Below are positions 1 through 8,992 of a stretch of 64,000 nucleotides of DNA, piece by piece (positions within the stretch are counted from its first letter, which is position 1; the number at the start of each line of letters is the position of its first letter). The stretch lies in the IMG/VR virus record IMGVR_UViG_3300030202_003189, positions 1 through 64,000 of that record, one strand, 5' to 3'. A program made the translations under genes and the position numbers. The notes beneath the pieces are model-generated. The model was not told where the DNA came from. It worked only from the letters and a program-made list of their open reading frames with translations, and searched no databases.

Positions 1-244
1 TAATCCACTTAAGAAATCTCCTACTTTTGAAAAAATAGCGTTCATAATTAAAATTGTTTTAATATCTGTCATATTATTTTTAACAGATTTTTTCCATACT
101 CTTCCGGTTGAGTATGGTCATTATTCCTCCCAAACACATGGGGGATCTCACTCACGAGTTATTAATAATTACATCTTTTGTGTAACAATTCAACCCTAAA
201 TGTGATAATCCTCTTCTAAAAGGTAAAAAACAACGATCTTTTTA

Positions 245-253
245 TGTGGATAA
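245..253. promoter_or_regulatory. DnaA-box consensus TGTGGATAA
   Basis: Exact reverse complement of TTATCCACA; a second copy lies at 359-367. Confidence 0.35.
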
Positions 254-318
254 TAAAATTACCCCTCTTTTTAACACTAAAATCTTTGTTCCGATGTTTA
301 CAAACATGATTGATTTGT

Positions 319-326
319 TATATTTG
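319..326 (+). promoter_or_regulatory. Bacteroidota-type -7 promoter element (TATATTTG)
   Basis: Matches TAnnTTTG about 50 nt upstream of ORF 378; -33 element imperfect. Confidence 0.5.
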
Positions 327-358
327 TGACTAAAATAACGAACCAGAAGAATATTTTC

Positions 359-367
359 TGTGGATAA
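359..367. promoter_or_regulatory. DnaA-box consensus TGTGGATAA
   Basis: Exact match 10 nt upstream of the ORF 378 start. Confidence 0.35.
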
Positions 368-377
368 AATGTAACCT

Positions 378-1379
378 ATGAATAAGAAACAACTGAAAAA
401 AACAACAGAAGACCTAAATGTTAAAATTTATGACTTACTAAGAATGTTAGACCCAACTAAGACAGGTAAGTACATGCAATTTCTAGTAAAAGAGTTTAGA
501 AGTAAACATAAAGAGAAGGGATATGTTAATTATTCTCCTTTATTACATGGTGATAATTATTTAGATTCTATAAGAAAAAAATGTAGAAATGAATTAGATG
601 ATAGAATCGTTGATTATATATTTGAGATATTCAACAGTGCTAATATTGTTAACTTACAAGTTTTTAATGATCTTTTAGAGAGAGGTAAAATAAAAGAAAA
701 AGACATACAAAAATATAACTCTTTTACTGATATAGAGAGCGCCATTGTTAATTATGAGGAACAAAATCATGAAGATAATATTCATGAATATAAGGAAATA
801 TATAAAGACGATAGATGGTATATTGTTAAACCCTTAAGTTATTACACCGCTAAGATATATGGTGCATCAACTAAGTGGTGTACCTCTAGTCGAGAAACAC
901 CTAAACAATTTTATGAGTATTCTAAAGAAGGTATATTATTATATATTATGGATAGGGCAAACAATAAAAAATGGGCGGTCCATTGGACGATATGGAAAGG
1001 AGAGAAAGAAGAAATGTCTTGGTGGGATGATAAAGACAATAGAATAGATTCAATCCAGGTAGATATTCCATTTGGTATCATGAATGAAGTTAAGAACCAC
1101 CTATTCACAGAAGAAAAACCAAATATTACATATTTTAGTGAAAAAAGTTTGATTAATTTGAAAAAGTTATTAAAATTAGAAAAGAAATCTACTGAAGTAA
1201 GAGAACATGAAGTTTTATTACAAGATACACATGGAGAAAACTTTGATATTAATGTAGGGGGCACATGGGTACCAACTGTTACAAAACCATCAGAGTTCAA
1301 GATAGATGAATGGATAAATAAAAGTCTAGAGTACAGTTACACTTTGGATACAATAAATAAGGGAGGTATCCCAGATTAA
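378..1379 (+). CDS. Conserved jumbo-phage hypothetical protein with YGxxTxWC motif
   Basis: 333-aa ORF; WYIVKPLSYYTAKIYGASTKWC segment resembles a motif seen in large-phage proteins of unknown function. Confidence 0.8.
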   Translation: MNKKQLKKTTEDLNVKIYDLLRMLDPTKTGKYMQFLVKEFRSKHKEKGYVNYSPLLHGDNYLDSIRKKCRNELDDRIVDYIFEIFNSANIVNLQVFNDLLERGKIKEKDIQKYNSFTDIESAIVNYEEQNHEDNIHEYKEIYKDDRWYIVKPLSYYTAKIYGASTKWCTSSRETPKQFYEYSKEGILLYIMDRANNKKWAVHWTIWKGEKEEMSWWDDKDNRIDSIQVDIPFGIMNEVKNHLFTEEKPNITYFSEKSLINLKKLLKLEKKSTEVREHEVLLQDTHGENFDINVGGTWVPTVTKPSEFKIDEWINKSLEYSYTLDTINKGGIPD

Positions 1380-1392
1380 AAAAGTAAAGAAA

Positions 1393-1674
1393 ATGAAAGA
1401 ACAAAGCGATTATCAAGAAAACAAAACAGTTGAAGAAGCAACTGAAGAGTTAAGACAAGAAGTGCCAGAAGTAATTACAAGAAAGATAAATGTATCTGGA
1501 TTAGAAGATGTGAGTCATTTAGTTAAAGAAATGGAAAAGATAGATGAAGACCAACAAAACAATAAAGATAAGATGTATGCTCTAGATGTATCTTACAATG
1601 GGAAACCTTCAAACCCATACTTTACATTATGTAAGTTTATTGAAGAACTTAATAACAAATTAGAAAAACAATAG
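1393..1674 (+). CDS. Hypothetical acidic protein
   Basis: 93-aa ORF in a tightly packed + strand operon. Confidence 0.75.
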   Translation: MKEQSDYQENKTVEEATEELRQEVPEVITRKINVSGLEDVSHLVKEMEKIDEDQQNNKDKMYALDVSYNGKPSNPYFTLCKFIEELNNKLEKQ

Positions 1675-1676
1675 AT

Positions 1677-1856
1677 ATGTCAGTAGAAATTAGAATTATG
1701 GAAAATGGACCAATTTTGGTTAAAGGAGAAACCATCGTAACAAAAGATGGAGAAAAAATAAAAGTAGGAGAAAGTTACGCATTGTGTAGGTGTGGTGAAA
1801 CTAAGAAACAACCAATGTGCGACGGAGCCCATAAATCTTGTGGTTTTAAGGGATAG
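1677..1856 (+). CDS. CDGSH iron-sulfur domain protein (59 aa, not in ORF track)
   Basis: Translated by hand: MSVEIRIMENGPILVKG...YALCRCGETKKQPMCDGAHKSCGFKG; C-x-C-x7-C-D-G-x-H is the CDGSH 2Fe-2S motif. Confidence 0.9.
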   Translation: MSVEIRIMENGPILVKGETIVTKDGEKIKVGESYALCRCGETKKQPMCDGAHKSCGFKG

Positions 1857-1865
1857 AACAGAACT

Positions 1866-2336
1866 ATGATAGAATCAAATAGAAAAGTAGTAGGATTTAC
1901 AGCAGGGAACTTTGATCTTTTACATCCAGGTTACATTTATACATTTGAAAAGGCTAAAGAACATTGTGATTACTTTATTGTTTTTTTACAAAGAGATCCA
2001 TCATCAACTCGTAATACTAAATATAAACCGGTAATACCTTTATATGAAAGATATAAAACTTTAATGGCGATAAAATATGTCGATGAGGTTCAGACTTACC
2101 AAACAGAAGAAGAACTAGAGGGATTAATCAACTTCTACCAACCTGACATTAGAATCTTAGGAGATGATTATATTGGTAAACCTTTTACGGGTGACCATTT
2201 ACCCCCTAAGGTAGTTTATACTACTAGAGCACATAACTGGTCTACAACAAGGATAAAGAACTTAATAACAGTTCAAACTTTGAGACAGAATCCAGAGATA
2301 ATAAAAGAAGTTAAAGAATTAAAAGATGAAGATTAA
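1866..2336 (+). CDS. Cytidylyltransferase (TagD/glycerol-3-phosphate cytidylyltransferase-like)
   Basis: GFTAGNFDLLHPGY HIGH-like motif, ER...AIKYVDEV, ILGDDY and STTRIK motifs. Confidence 0.85.
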   Translation: MIESNRKVVGFTAGNFDLLHPGYIYTFEKAKEHCDYFIVFLQRDPSSTRNTKYKPVIPLYERYKTLMAIKYVDEVQTYQTEEELEGLINFYQPDIRILGDDYIGKPFTGDHLPPKVVYTTRAHNWSTTRIKNLITVQTLRQNPEIIKEVKELKDED

Positions 2337-2565
2337 CACAAAATATAAAATAGGTGACGAGGTTTACGTTTTTAATGAGAATAAATTACAAAAAACAGAG
2401 ATTAGAGGAATTTATGCAAACGTATTTACGATTTATCCTACAACAGAACCACAAATGAAAACAGAAATCAACTATGATCTAAAACTTATAGAGGGGTCAG
2501 TTGAGGAAGATTTAGTTTATAATAGCGTTCAAGAAGCTAAGGATAATGTAGTGGTAGAAGGATAA
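2326..2565 (+). CDS. Hypothetical protein (KYKIGDEVY, SH3-like start)
   Basis: 79-aa ORF overlapping the upstream stop. Confidence 0.75.
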   Translation: MKINTKYKIGDEVYVFNENKLQKTEIRGIYANVFTIYPTTEPQMKTEINYDLKLIEGSVEEDLVYNSVQEAKDNVVVEG

Positions 2566-2810
2566 TGACACCTAAAGAATTTGTTTTATGGTTAAAGGGG
2601 GTTGATGTTGGTTTATCGGGACACCCTTATGAAGGAACATGGAATCTTATCCAAGAAAAATTAAATGAAGTTAAAATGGAGGATAGTCCCTCAAGAATTA
2701 TTCCAAGTAGAGATATTCCAATGCCAGATTCACCTAGTATCTTCCCTTCTCCCTGCGTCCCAACTAAAATACCACCAAGTCCAGGAAGTCCACCCGAAAT
2801 AATTTGTTAG
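2565..2810 (+). CDS. Hypothetical protein with Pro-rich C-terminus
   Basis: 81-aa ORF, translationally coupled to the previous gene. Confidence 0.75.
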   Translation: MTPKEFVLWLKGVDVGLSGHPYEGTWNLIQEKLNEVKMEDSPSRIIPSRDIPMPDSPSIFPSPCVPTKIPPSPGSPPEIIC

Positions 2811-2834
2811 ATTAAAATATTTTTATTATCTTTG
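2803..2834 (+). promoter_or_regulatory. Bacteroidota sigma-70 promoter TTTG-N20-TATCTTTG
   Basis: TTTG 2803-2806, 20-nt spacer, TATCTTTG 2827-2834, then TAGT and ATG 2839. Confidence 0.8.
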
Positions 2835-2838
2835 TAGT

Positions 2839-3441
2839 ATGGAAAATATAATAAAACAAATACAAGAGGCTTTAGATAATAATCTTCCAAAGGAAATTCC
2901 TTTTGAAAGCGGTTTAATGCAACGAGGAATTGCCGATATCATAGAAGTTATAGTTAGTGATATAATCCTAAACCTTAAACACCAATCAATTAAAGAGTCA
3001 TACGAAGCTAAAAGTAAGAGATCAATAGAAGATGTTGGTCTCGTTACAACAGAATACGATGATATTAAAATCGATATAAAAACTCACGACTCTGATTCAG
3101 ACTTGTCAATGCCTAACCTTATTTCAATATCTAGAATAAAAAAATTCTATGAAAACGATAGAAATTTACTACTATATGTTTTTGTGAAGTATGTTACTAA
3201 TGGGAGATCAATACAAATCCTTGATACAAAAGTTAAGGCAATCGAACAACTTAACTGGGAATGTCTAACAATAGGTAACTTAGGTAAGGGACAACTCCAA
3301 GTTAAAAATATGGATGAAATAACATTCCAGACATTTATGACAAGAAATGATTGGATAGAAAGATTATCCTGTGATGTAGTAATCTATTACCAGTCACTTA
3401 TAAAGAAGATACAAACAAAATGGATTAAAGAATGGTTATAG
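2839..3441 (+). CDS. PD-(D/E)XK restriction-endonuclease-like protein
   Basis: IEDVGLVTTEYDDIKIDIKT fits a D-x(n)-D-x-K active site; 200 aa. Confidence 0.6.
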   Translation: MENIIKQIQEALDNNLPKEIPFESGLMQRGIADIIEVIVSDIILNLKHQSIKESYEAKSKRSIEDVGLVTTEYDDIKIDIKTHDSDSDLSMPNLISISRIKKFYENDRNLLLYVFVKYVTNGRSIQILDTKVKAIEQLNWECLTIGNLGKGQLQVKNMDEITFQTFMTRNDWIERLSCDVVIYYQSLIKKIQTKWIKEWL

Positions 3442-3719
3442 GTAAAGTAGATTATTATGCTAGGGTAGGTATTTTAAGAAGAGACCATCTAATTGATGAA
3501 GGATTTCCTAACATTAGTTATCAGGAAAAAAATATGAGAATGGAAAGGATGAACAATATGGACTTCCATCAAAACTTCTCTGATGTATTAATTAGAAGAA
3601 TGTTGCACGAAAAAAAGATACCAAACTTTAATATTGGTGGAAAATTAGTATATATAAGTGATCCAAAGACAATAAAAGAATTAGAAGAAAAAATAAAAGA
3701 AAATGGAAGACATAAATAA
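3432..3719 (+). CDS. Hypothetical protein
   Basis: 95-aa ORF, overlapping neighbours in operon fashion. Confidence 0.7.
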   Translation: MVIGKVDYYARVGILRRDHLIDEGFPNISYQEKNMRMERMNNMDFHQNFSDVLIRRMLHEKKIPNFNIGGKLVYISDPKTIKELEEKIKENGRHK

Positions 3720-4014
3720 AAAAACAAAAGAGGAAATATGGCACGAGAATGAAGCCAGAAAATTTCTAGGAGATGTGGAGGAAGAAGGGAAAATATATCC
3801 TGAACAAACTGACCCAGCAACATTAAAGTCTAAATATTCTGCCAAAAATCCTTATGGAGAAGAGATGTTTAATAAAGAAGATTTCTTAGTGAAAGACCCA
3901 ACAAAAGAGGTACCACAGGAGGAATACATAAAAATAAAGAAATCCTGGTTAGAAGGGTTAAGAGATTTTGATACTTGGACAAAGTGGAAAAACGGTTTAA
4001 TAGAATATAAATAA
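3703..4014 (+). CDS. Hypothetical protein
   Basis: 103-aa ORF, coupled to the downstream gene. Confidence 0.75.
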   Translation: MEDINKKTKEEIWHENEARKFLGDVEEEGKIYPEQTDPATLKSKYSAKNPYGEEMFNKEDFLVKDPTKEVPQEEYIKIKKSWLEGLRDFDTWTKWKNGLIEYK

Positions 4015-4595
4015 TGGAGTTAGTAATAAAAAGTGATTGGTTATATGTAATGGACAATGTTCTCACATCTGAAGAATGTAAAGAATTAATAGAAATTGCA
4101 GAACCAACCTTAGAAGACTCTACTACTGTAGGGACAGTAATAAAGGGTTATAGAACCAGTTCAAATACCTACATTTCTAAAGAAATAGATAACAAAGTAA
4201 TCCAAGCCACGAACTTAATTACCCAAGTACTAACTGAGTTACCGACTGAAAATCAAGAAGATATGTGTATTGTAAAGTATCGAGAAGGAGAAGAATATAA
4301 AAAACATCGTGATTATATGGTTGATAACCAAACAGAGGAAGGCAAGGCAGAAATGGCTAGAGGAGGAGATAGAGCGTTTACTGTAATGTTTTATCTTAAT
4401 GACGATTTTGAAGAAGGTGGTACATTATTTGTAACACCTAATATAGAAGTAAAACCTAAGACAGGTCGATGTGTAATATGGAAAAACTATATTGATGGTA
4501 AACCTAACACCAAATCTATGCACGCGGGGTTACCAATTAAAAAAGGTATAAAATATATAGGAGTAAAATGGGTGAGACAAAATAAATTTATTTAA
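4014..4595 (+). CDS. 2OG-Fe(II) oxygenase, prolyl 4-hydroxylase-like
   Basis: RTSSNT, YKKHRD (HxD), FYLND..EGGT, SMHAG (distal His), GIKY (2OG-binding Lys typical of P4H). Confidence 0.88.
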   Translation: MELVIKSDWLYVMDNVLTSEECKELIEIAEPTLEDSTTVGTVIKGYRTSSNTYISKEIDNKVIQATNLITQVLTELPTENQEDMCIVKYREGEEYKKHRDYMVDNQTEEGKAEMARGGDRAFTVMFYLNDDFEEGGTLFVTPNIEVKPKTGRCVIWKNYIDGKPNTKSMHAGLPIKKGIKYIGVKWVRQNKFI

Positions 4596-4596
4596 G

Positions 4597-4770
4597 ATGA
4601 AAAAAATAATAACGAATATCTGGGCATGGTTTACGGCAATATTTTTAATAATAGATTTTCTTCTTATTGCTTTTTTATTTACTATAATTTTAGTAGTTTT
4701 GTTATCACCATTAGTAATATTAATTGGTGTACCTATGTTAATTAATGTTATCTGGAAAAAAAAGTATTAA
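4597..4770 (+). CDS. Small membrane protein (57 aa, not in ORF track)
   Basis: MKKIITNIWAWFTAIFLIIDFLL...VIWKKKY; long hydrophobic stretch. Confidence 0.6.
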   Translation: MKKIITNIWAWFTAIFLIIDFLLIAFLFTIILVVLLSPLVILIGVPMLINVIWKKKY

Positions 4771-4793
4771 ACTAAATAAAAATAATAGATAAG

Positions 4794-4991
4794 ATGGGAC
4801 ATTGGGAAGATTTGTGGTATGAGATACATGATTCAATAGAACGTGAAGGACTTACAAAAGAGTTCGAAGAACAATTAAAAAAGATGACAAACCAAGATAA
4901 ACATAAACACCTAGACACTAGAGATAAATGGTCCTATGCTTGTACAAAAGTAATTAACAACAAAAGAAAAGAAGTTAATAAAGATGAATAA
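4794..4991 (+). CDS. Hypothetical protein
   Basis: 65-aa ORF in operon. Confidence 0.75.
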   Translation: MGHWEDLWYEIHDSIEREGLTKEFEEQLKKMTNQDKHKHLDTRDKWSYACTKVINNKRKEVNKDE

Positions 4992-5367
4992 AAGTAATCA
5001 TAATAGACGTAGAGCGTTAGAGAGTAAGTTGATTAAGAAATCAGATACCTATCCAGGTTACTATAAATACATGATAACTATTGGGGAAAAAGATGGAACA
5101 ACTCATACACGACCATGTTATGGTAAGGATATGCAGGATGCTTTAAGTAGACTTATAAATAAAGAAAGAACTGTTAGGGTTGAAAAGAAAGTAATGAACA
5201 ATCCCTTTCTATTTTTCTTAGGTTGGTTATTAATGATGGGTTGGCCACTTATGTTGGGGTTTGAAACCTCAGCAACACCATGGTTTATAGTTTATGGTTT
5301 TATAGGTATAATAGGTTTAGTAATGATAGGAACCTGGTGGAACAGCTATATAAATAGAGGAGAGTAA
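4984..5367 (+). CDS. Hypothetical membrane protein (two C-terminal TM helices)
   Basis: 127 aa, hydrophobic C-terminal half. Confidence 0.75.
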   Translation: MNKSNHNRRRALESKLIKKSDTYPGYYKYMITIGEKDGTTHTRPCYGKDMQDALSRLINKERTVRVEKKVMNNPFLFFLGWLLMMGWPLMLGFETSATPWFIVYGFIGIIGLVMIGTWWNSYINRGE

Positions 5368-5423
5368 AATATCAATAATTCTCAGAAGGAGTTATTGTGT
5401 AAACAAACGATAAAATAAAACAA

Positions 5424-6086
5424 ATGAACAACGAATTTAACAAATATGCAATAGGACACGCGGGGATATCCTCATCAGTTCTAAATGATTACCAAAATAG
5501 TGCAACCCCTTACATACTAGAAGAGAGACAATTAAGAGTCACACAGATGGACATATTCTCAAGACTAATGATGGATAGGATTATCTGGATACCTGGACCA
5601 ATTACTGAAGTAACAGGGGTAATCGTACAGGCTCAACTAATGTTTCTAGACACCGCAGATAAGAAAGACATTACTTTACATATAGATTCACCAGGTGGGT
5701 CAGTAAAGGCAGGTTTAGGTATTGTGGATGTTATGGAGTATATTAAATGTGATGTAGCAACTGTAAATACAGGAATGGCTGCCTCGATGGGGTCAGTTTT
5801 ATTGGCTGCAGGTACTAAAGGTAAAAGATCCTCTTTAAGATTCAGTAGAACAATGTTACACCAATCCAGTGGAGGGGCAGTTGGTAATATACAAGACGCA
5901 AGGATTACAATGGACGAATGGGAAAAGACAAATAAGTTATTGTTTGAACTCCTTGGTAGGTATTGTAAGAAAACAGCGAAAAGAGTAGAGAAAGATGCGG
6001 CAAGAGACTTATGGTTAAGTGCTGAAGAATCTTTAGACTACGGAATAATAGATGAAGTAATAAAAAGTAAAAAAACAAAAAAATGA
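5424..6086 (+). CDS. clpP: ATP-dependent Clp protease proteolytic subunit
   Basis: DIFSRLMMDRII, IDSPGGSV, AASMGS (Ser), MLHQ (His), RDLWLS (Asp). Confidence 0.97.
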   Translation: MNNEFNKYAIGHAGISSSVLNDYQNSATPYILEERQLRVTQMDIFSRLMMDRIIWIPGPITEVTGVIVQAQLMFLDTADKKDITLHIDSPGGSVKAGLGIVDVMEYIKCDVATVNTGMAASMGSVLLAAGTKGKRSSLRFSRTMLHQSSGGAVGNIQDARITMDEWEKTNKLLFELLGRYCKKTAKRVEKDAARDLWLSAEESLDYGIIDEVIKSKKTKK

Positions 6087-6568
6087 AAGGAAAAATCGTA
6101 ACCGAACAAGGAACTATGGTGGTAGAGTTCTATGAAAAAGACGCACCGAATACAGTAAATAACTTTGTTAAATTAGCAAAGATGGGATTCTATGAAGGAC
6201 TTAAATTTCATAGAGTTATACCAGGATTCGTGGCACAAGGAGGTTGTCCACAGGGAACTGGAGTGGGTGGACCAGGATATAGTATTCTTTGTGAGATTAG
6301 TGGCGAGAACCAACATCACGACAAAGGAGTACTATCAATGGCACATGCAGGTAGAAATACAGGAGGGTCACAATTCTTTTTAGTGCATAGTAGACACACT
6401 ACTAAACATTTAGACGGTAATCATACATGTTTTGGTAAGGTCGTAGAAGGATTAGATATTATAGATAAGGTTAGACAAGATGACACGTTTAGTATAGTTA
6501 TCGAAGGAGGAGAACAAGACCCAGAAAACATCATTGTAGAGACTCAATTGAAAACAGGGACATTTTAA
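6083..6568 (+). CDS. Cyclophilin-type peptidyl-prolyl cis-trans isomerase
   Basis: APNTVNNF, FHRVIPGFVAQGG, LSMAHAGRNTGGSQFF, HLDGNHTCFGKV. Confidence 0.96.
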   Translation: MKGKIVTEQGTMVVEFYEKDAPNTVNNFVKLAKMGFYEGLKFHRVIPGFVAQGGCPQGTGVGGPGYSILCEISGENQHHDKGVLSMAHAGRNTGGSQFFLVHSRHTTKHLDGNHTCFGKVVEGLDIIDKVRQDDTFSIVIEGGEQDPENIIVETQLKTGTF

Positions 6569-6600
6569 TTTGGTAGTTAAACAATAAAGTATTATATTTG
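6569..6600 (+). promoter_or_regulatory. Bacteroidota sigma-70 promoter TTTG-N20-TATATTTG
   Basis: TTTG 6569-6572, 20-nt spacer, TATATTTG 6593-6600, then TAGT and ATG 6605. Confidence 0.8.
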
Positions 6601-6604
6601 TAGT

Positions 6605-6805
6605 ATGAAAGATTATACATGTGATAAATGTAAAGTGGAGATGTCTATATTTGAAGTAGGATATCTTGGTTCTCCACTCGGTAAGAAAGATAGAAAGGAA
6701 TGTAATCCTTTAATGAGTCTAGATTGTTTATGTCATGAATGTTATACGAAAAGGTTAGACAAACTTGGGAAAAACCCCAACAATATGAATTATGAAAAAA
6801 ACTAA
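6605..6805 (+). CDS. Small zinc-finger protein
   Basis: CDKC...CHEC pairs in 66 aa. Confidence 0.7.
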   Translation: MKDYTCDKCKVEMSIFEVGYLGSPLGKKDRKECNPLMSLDCLCHECYTKRLDKLGKNPNNMNYEKN

Positions 6806-7490
6806 AATTATTAATTTTTTCGGAGGACCTGGAATAGGAAAATCAACCCAAGCCGCAGGACTTTATTCATTAATGAAAAAGAATAGTATGAGCGTGGAAC
6901 TAACCTATGAGTTTCCAAAGATATTGGCTTGGGACGAGAATCATTCTGCAATTAAAGACCAACTTTATATAACCGCTAATCAACATCGTAATATCTCTCG
7001 ACTATATGGGAAAGTAGAATACATTATAGTAGATAGTCCCATTTTGTTTGGGATGGTTTATAAAGACAAATACGGAGCTGAGTACCCACAAGGTTTATAC
7101 GGAGATACCTTTGATACCTTTTTATTAGATTTGTTTCAACAATACGAAAACATCAACATACTATTAAGAAGACGAGAAGAAGATTATGATGAGATTGGAA
7201 GATTCCAAGATCTAAAAGAGTCTAGAGAGATTGATGGTATGTTAAGATCATTATTAGAAGATAATGAACTATCCTATCATGAGTTTGAAGTTAATAAGAA
7301 CAGTGCAACAACAATATATAAAACACTATTTGAGGATATGGAAGAAACAAAATGGGATGGCGGAACAATTGTAAGAATAAACCAATGTAAAGAATGTGGA
7401 AACCACGAAGGAATACAAATACCAAGTCATCCTGGTCTTGCGGAGTGTAGAGTGTGTCAACATCTGTGTGATGTAAAAGAAGAAAAGTAA
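6792..7490 (+). CDS. P-loop NTPase/kinase (AAA_28/NadR-like) with C-terminal Zn ribbon
   Basis: INFFGGPGIGKST Walker A, IIVDSP Walker B, terminal CKEC...CRVC. Confidence 0.8.
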   Translation: MKKTKIINFFGGPGIGKSTQAAGLYSLMKKNSMSVELTYEFPKILAWDENHSAIKDQLYITANQHRNISRLYGKVEYIIVDSPILFGMVYKDKYGAEYPQGLYGDTFDTFLLDLFQQYENINILLRRREEDYDEIGRFQDLKESREIDGMLRSLLEDNELSYHEFEVNKNSATTIYKTLFEDMEETKWDGGTIVRINQCKECGNHEGIQIPSHPGLAECRVCQHLCDVKEEK

Positions 7491-7514
7491 TTAATTAAAT
7501 AAATAATAAATAAA

Positions 7515-7694
7515 ATGGGAGTAAAAAAGAGAAAATTAGGGTCAAAGAATCCAAAGTACTTTGTTCCAACAAAGGACGATTCACCAGTAGTTAAAGAAAA
7601 AAAGTTAATGTGTAATGTTCCTGTTAGAGACACCAACGGTAATATAATTGAAGGTACTACTATACCGGTATATGGAGTTTGGTATGAGGACTAA
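7515..7694 (+). CDS. Hypothetical protein (59 aa, not in ORF track)
   Basis: MGVKKRKLGSKNPKYF...VYGVWYED fills the gap in the operon. Confidence 0.6.
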   Translation: MGVKKRKLGSKNPKYFVPTKDDSPVVKEKKLMCNVPVRDTNGNIIEGTTIPVYGVWYED

Positions 7695-7884
7695 AGAGTT
7701 ATTAAATAATAAGTGGATTAAATTATTATTCAGCGTTTCAATCATGTTGTCAGCGGTTCCATCTATCTATCAGGATTTTACATATGGACATAGTGGTGAA
7801 TGGACCCATTACGGTATGATGTTAGTCGGTGTTTTATATTTTATAGAGTCACTCTTGTGGACATTAGACATATGGAAGAAATAA
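7684..7884 (+). CDS. Small two-TM membrane protein
   Basis: ATG at 7684 preferred over the track start; two hydrophobic helices. Confidence 0.7.
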   Translation: MRTKELLNNKWIKLLFSVSIMLSAVPSIYQDFTYGHSGEWTHYGMMLVGVLYFIESLLWTLDIWKK

Positions 7885-8351
7885 TAAAAAAAGAACTATG
7901 GGATCATTACTCAGAACTCCCAAACCCATCATGGTATGAATATAAAGAAAATATGAAAAGCTTAGAACAACAATTAAAACAATTTGAGGAGGATATCTTT
8001 GCGGGTAAGGATATAGACATAACAGAATTTTATGTATTAAAAAAAGCATTACTAGATATTACACTGAGTGGTCATGTTGTGGAGGATTATAGTGACCTCT
8101 TAGAACTTCATGGGATATTAGAGAATATGTTAGATAGACGTCATAACGAACTTATGAATAAGAGATTAAATCTCTTAACCATTTGGTCTACGATATTTCT
8201 ACCTCTTTCATTCTATACTGGATTATGGGGAATGAATTTTGATGATGTTCCTTTAATCACAGATGATAATGGATTTTGGGTGTTCATGGGATTGACGATA
8301 ATAACTATTGGAGGTATGTGGATGTACTTCAAAAATAATAAATGGATATAA
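7872..8351 (+). CDS. corA: Truncated CorA-family Mg2+ transporter (stalk plus two TM helices)
   Basis: NKRLNLLTIWSTIFLPLSFYTGLWGMNFDDVP is the CorA TM1/GMN signature; only about 160 aa. Confidence 0.85.
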   Translation: MEEIIKKELWDHYSELPNPSWYEYKENMKSLEQQLKQFEEDIFAGKDIDITEFYVLKKALLDITLSGHVVEDYSDLLELHGILENMLDRRHNELMNKRLNLLTIWSTIFLPLSFYTGLWGMNFDDVPLITDDNGFWVFMGLTIITIGGMWMYFKNNKWI

Positions 8352-8352
8352 A

Positions 8353-8469
8353 ATGAAAGAAATAATAATAATGGTCCCACTACTTATAGTGGTAGGTGGT
8401 TTAGGTGTGGCAATAGGTATGTATATCTCTAGTCAAATAGAAAACCACATAGATAGGAACAGTAAATAA
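8353..8469 (+). CDS. Small single-pass membrane peptide (38 aa)
   Basis: MKEIIIMVPLLIVVGGLGVAIGMY...; translated by hand. Confidence 0.55.
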   Translation: MKEIIIMVPLLIVVGGLGVAIGMYISSQIENHIDRNSK

Positions 8470-8573
8470 TGAAGAACAAAAGACAATACAAAGATAGTGC
8501 AACATTTGTCTTTATAGGATATGTGGGTATAATCCTCGTAGTCTTAACAATGATTTTAGGTGTATGGGAATAA
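8469..8573 (+). CDS. Small single-pass membrane peptide (34 aa)
   Basis: MKNKRQYKDSATFVFIGYVGIILVVLTMILGVWE; coupled to the previous stop. Confidence 0.55.
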   Translation: MKNKRQYKDSATFVFIGYVGIILVVLTMILGVWE

Positions 8574-8680
8574 CTCACGTAATAGAAATAATAATGGGAA
8601 TAGGTTGGGCTGTTGGATGTTTAGTCGTCGCAACATACTCAATTACTCAGTATATAATAGAAAAAAATAAAAAATTATAA
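8564..8680 (+). CDS. Small single-pass membrane peptide (38 aa)
   Basis: MGITHVIEIIMGIGWAVGCLVVATYSI...; overlaps the previous gene. Confidence 0.5.
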   Translation: MGITHVIEIIMGIGWAVGCLVVATYSITQYIIEKNKKL

Positions 8681-8684
8681 AAAA

Positions 8685-8966
8685 ATGGAATTAATAGTAG
8701 GAATAGTAATAGGAATAATCATCGGAATAGGGCTCACTTCAGCACCACCATGGAAGTGGCAGAAAAGAAAGTGTAACACAGATTTGAAACCTGTAGATGA
8801 AAGAATGGAGAAGGTTTCTTCTAAGAAGACTCGAGCTACTCACAATAAAATAGCTGATGAGGTAACACACACAGACAAACCAAAGAAGAAAAGAAAACCA
8901 AGAAAGAATACCGGTAAAAGAAAGTATTATAGAAACAAAAAGAAAAAAGTTACCAAGACGGATTAA
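8685..8966 (+). CDS. Membrane-anchored protein with very basic C-terminus
   Basis: N-terminal TM helix, K/R-rich tail. Confidence 0.75.
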   Translation: MELIVGIVIGIIIGIGLTSAPPWKWQKRKCNTDLKPVDERMEKVSSKKTRATHNKIADEVTHTDKPKKKRKPRKNTGKRKYYRNKKKKVTKTD

Positions 8967-8992
8967 AGAAGAATCCAAAATAATTATAGTAT

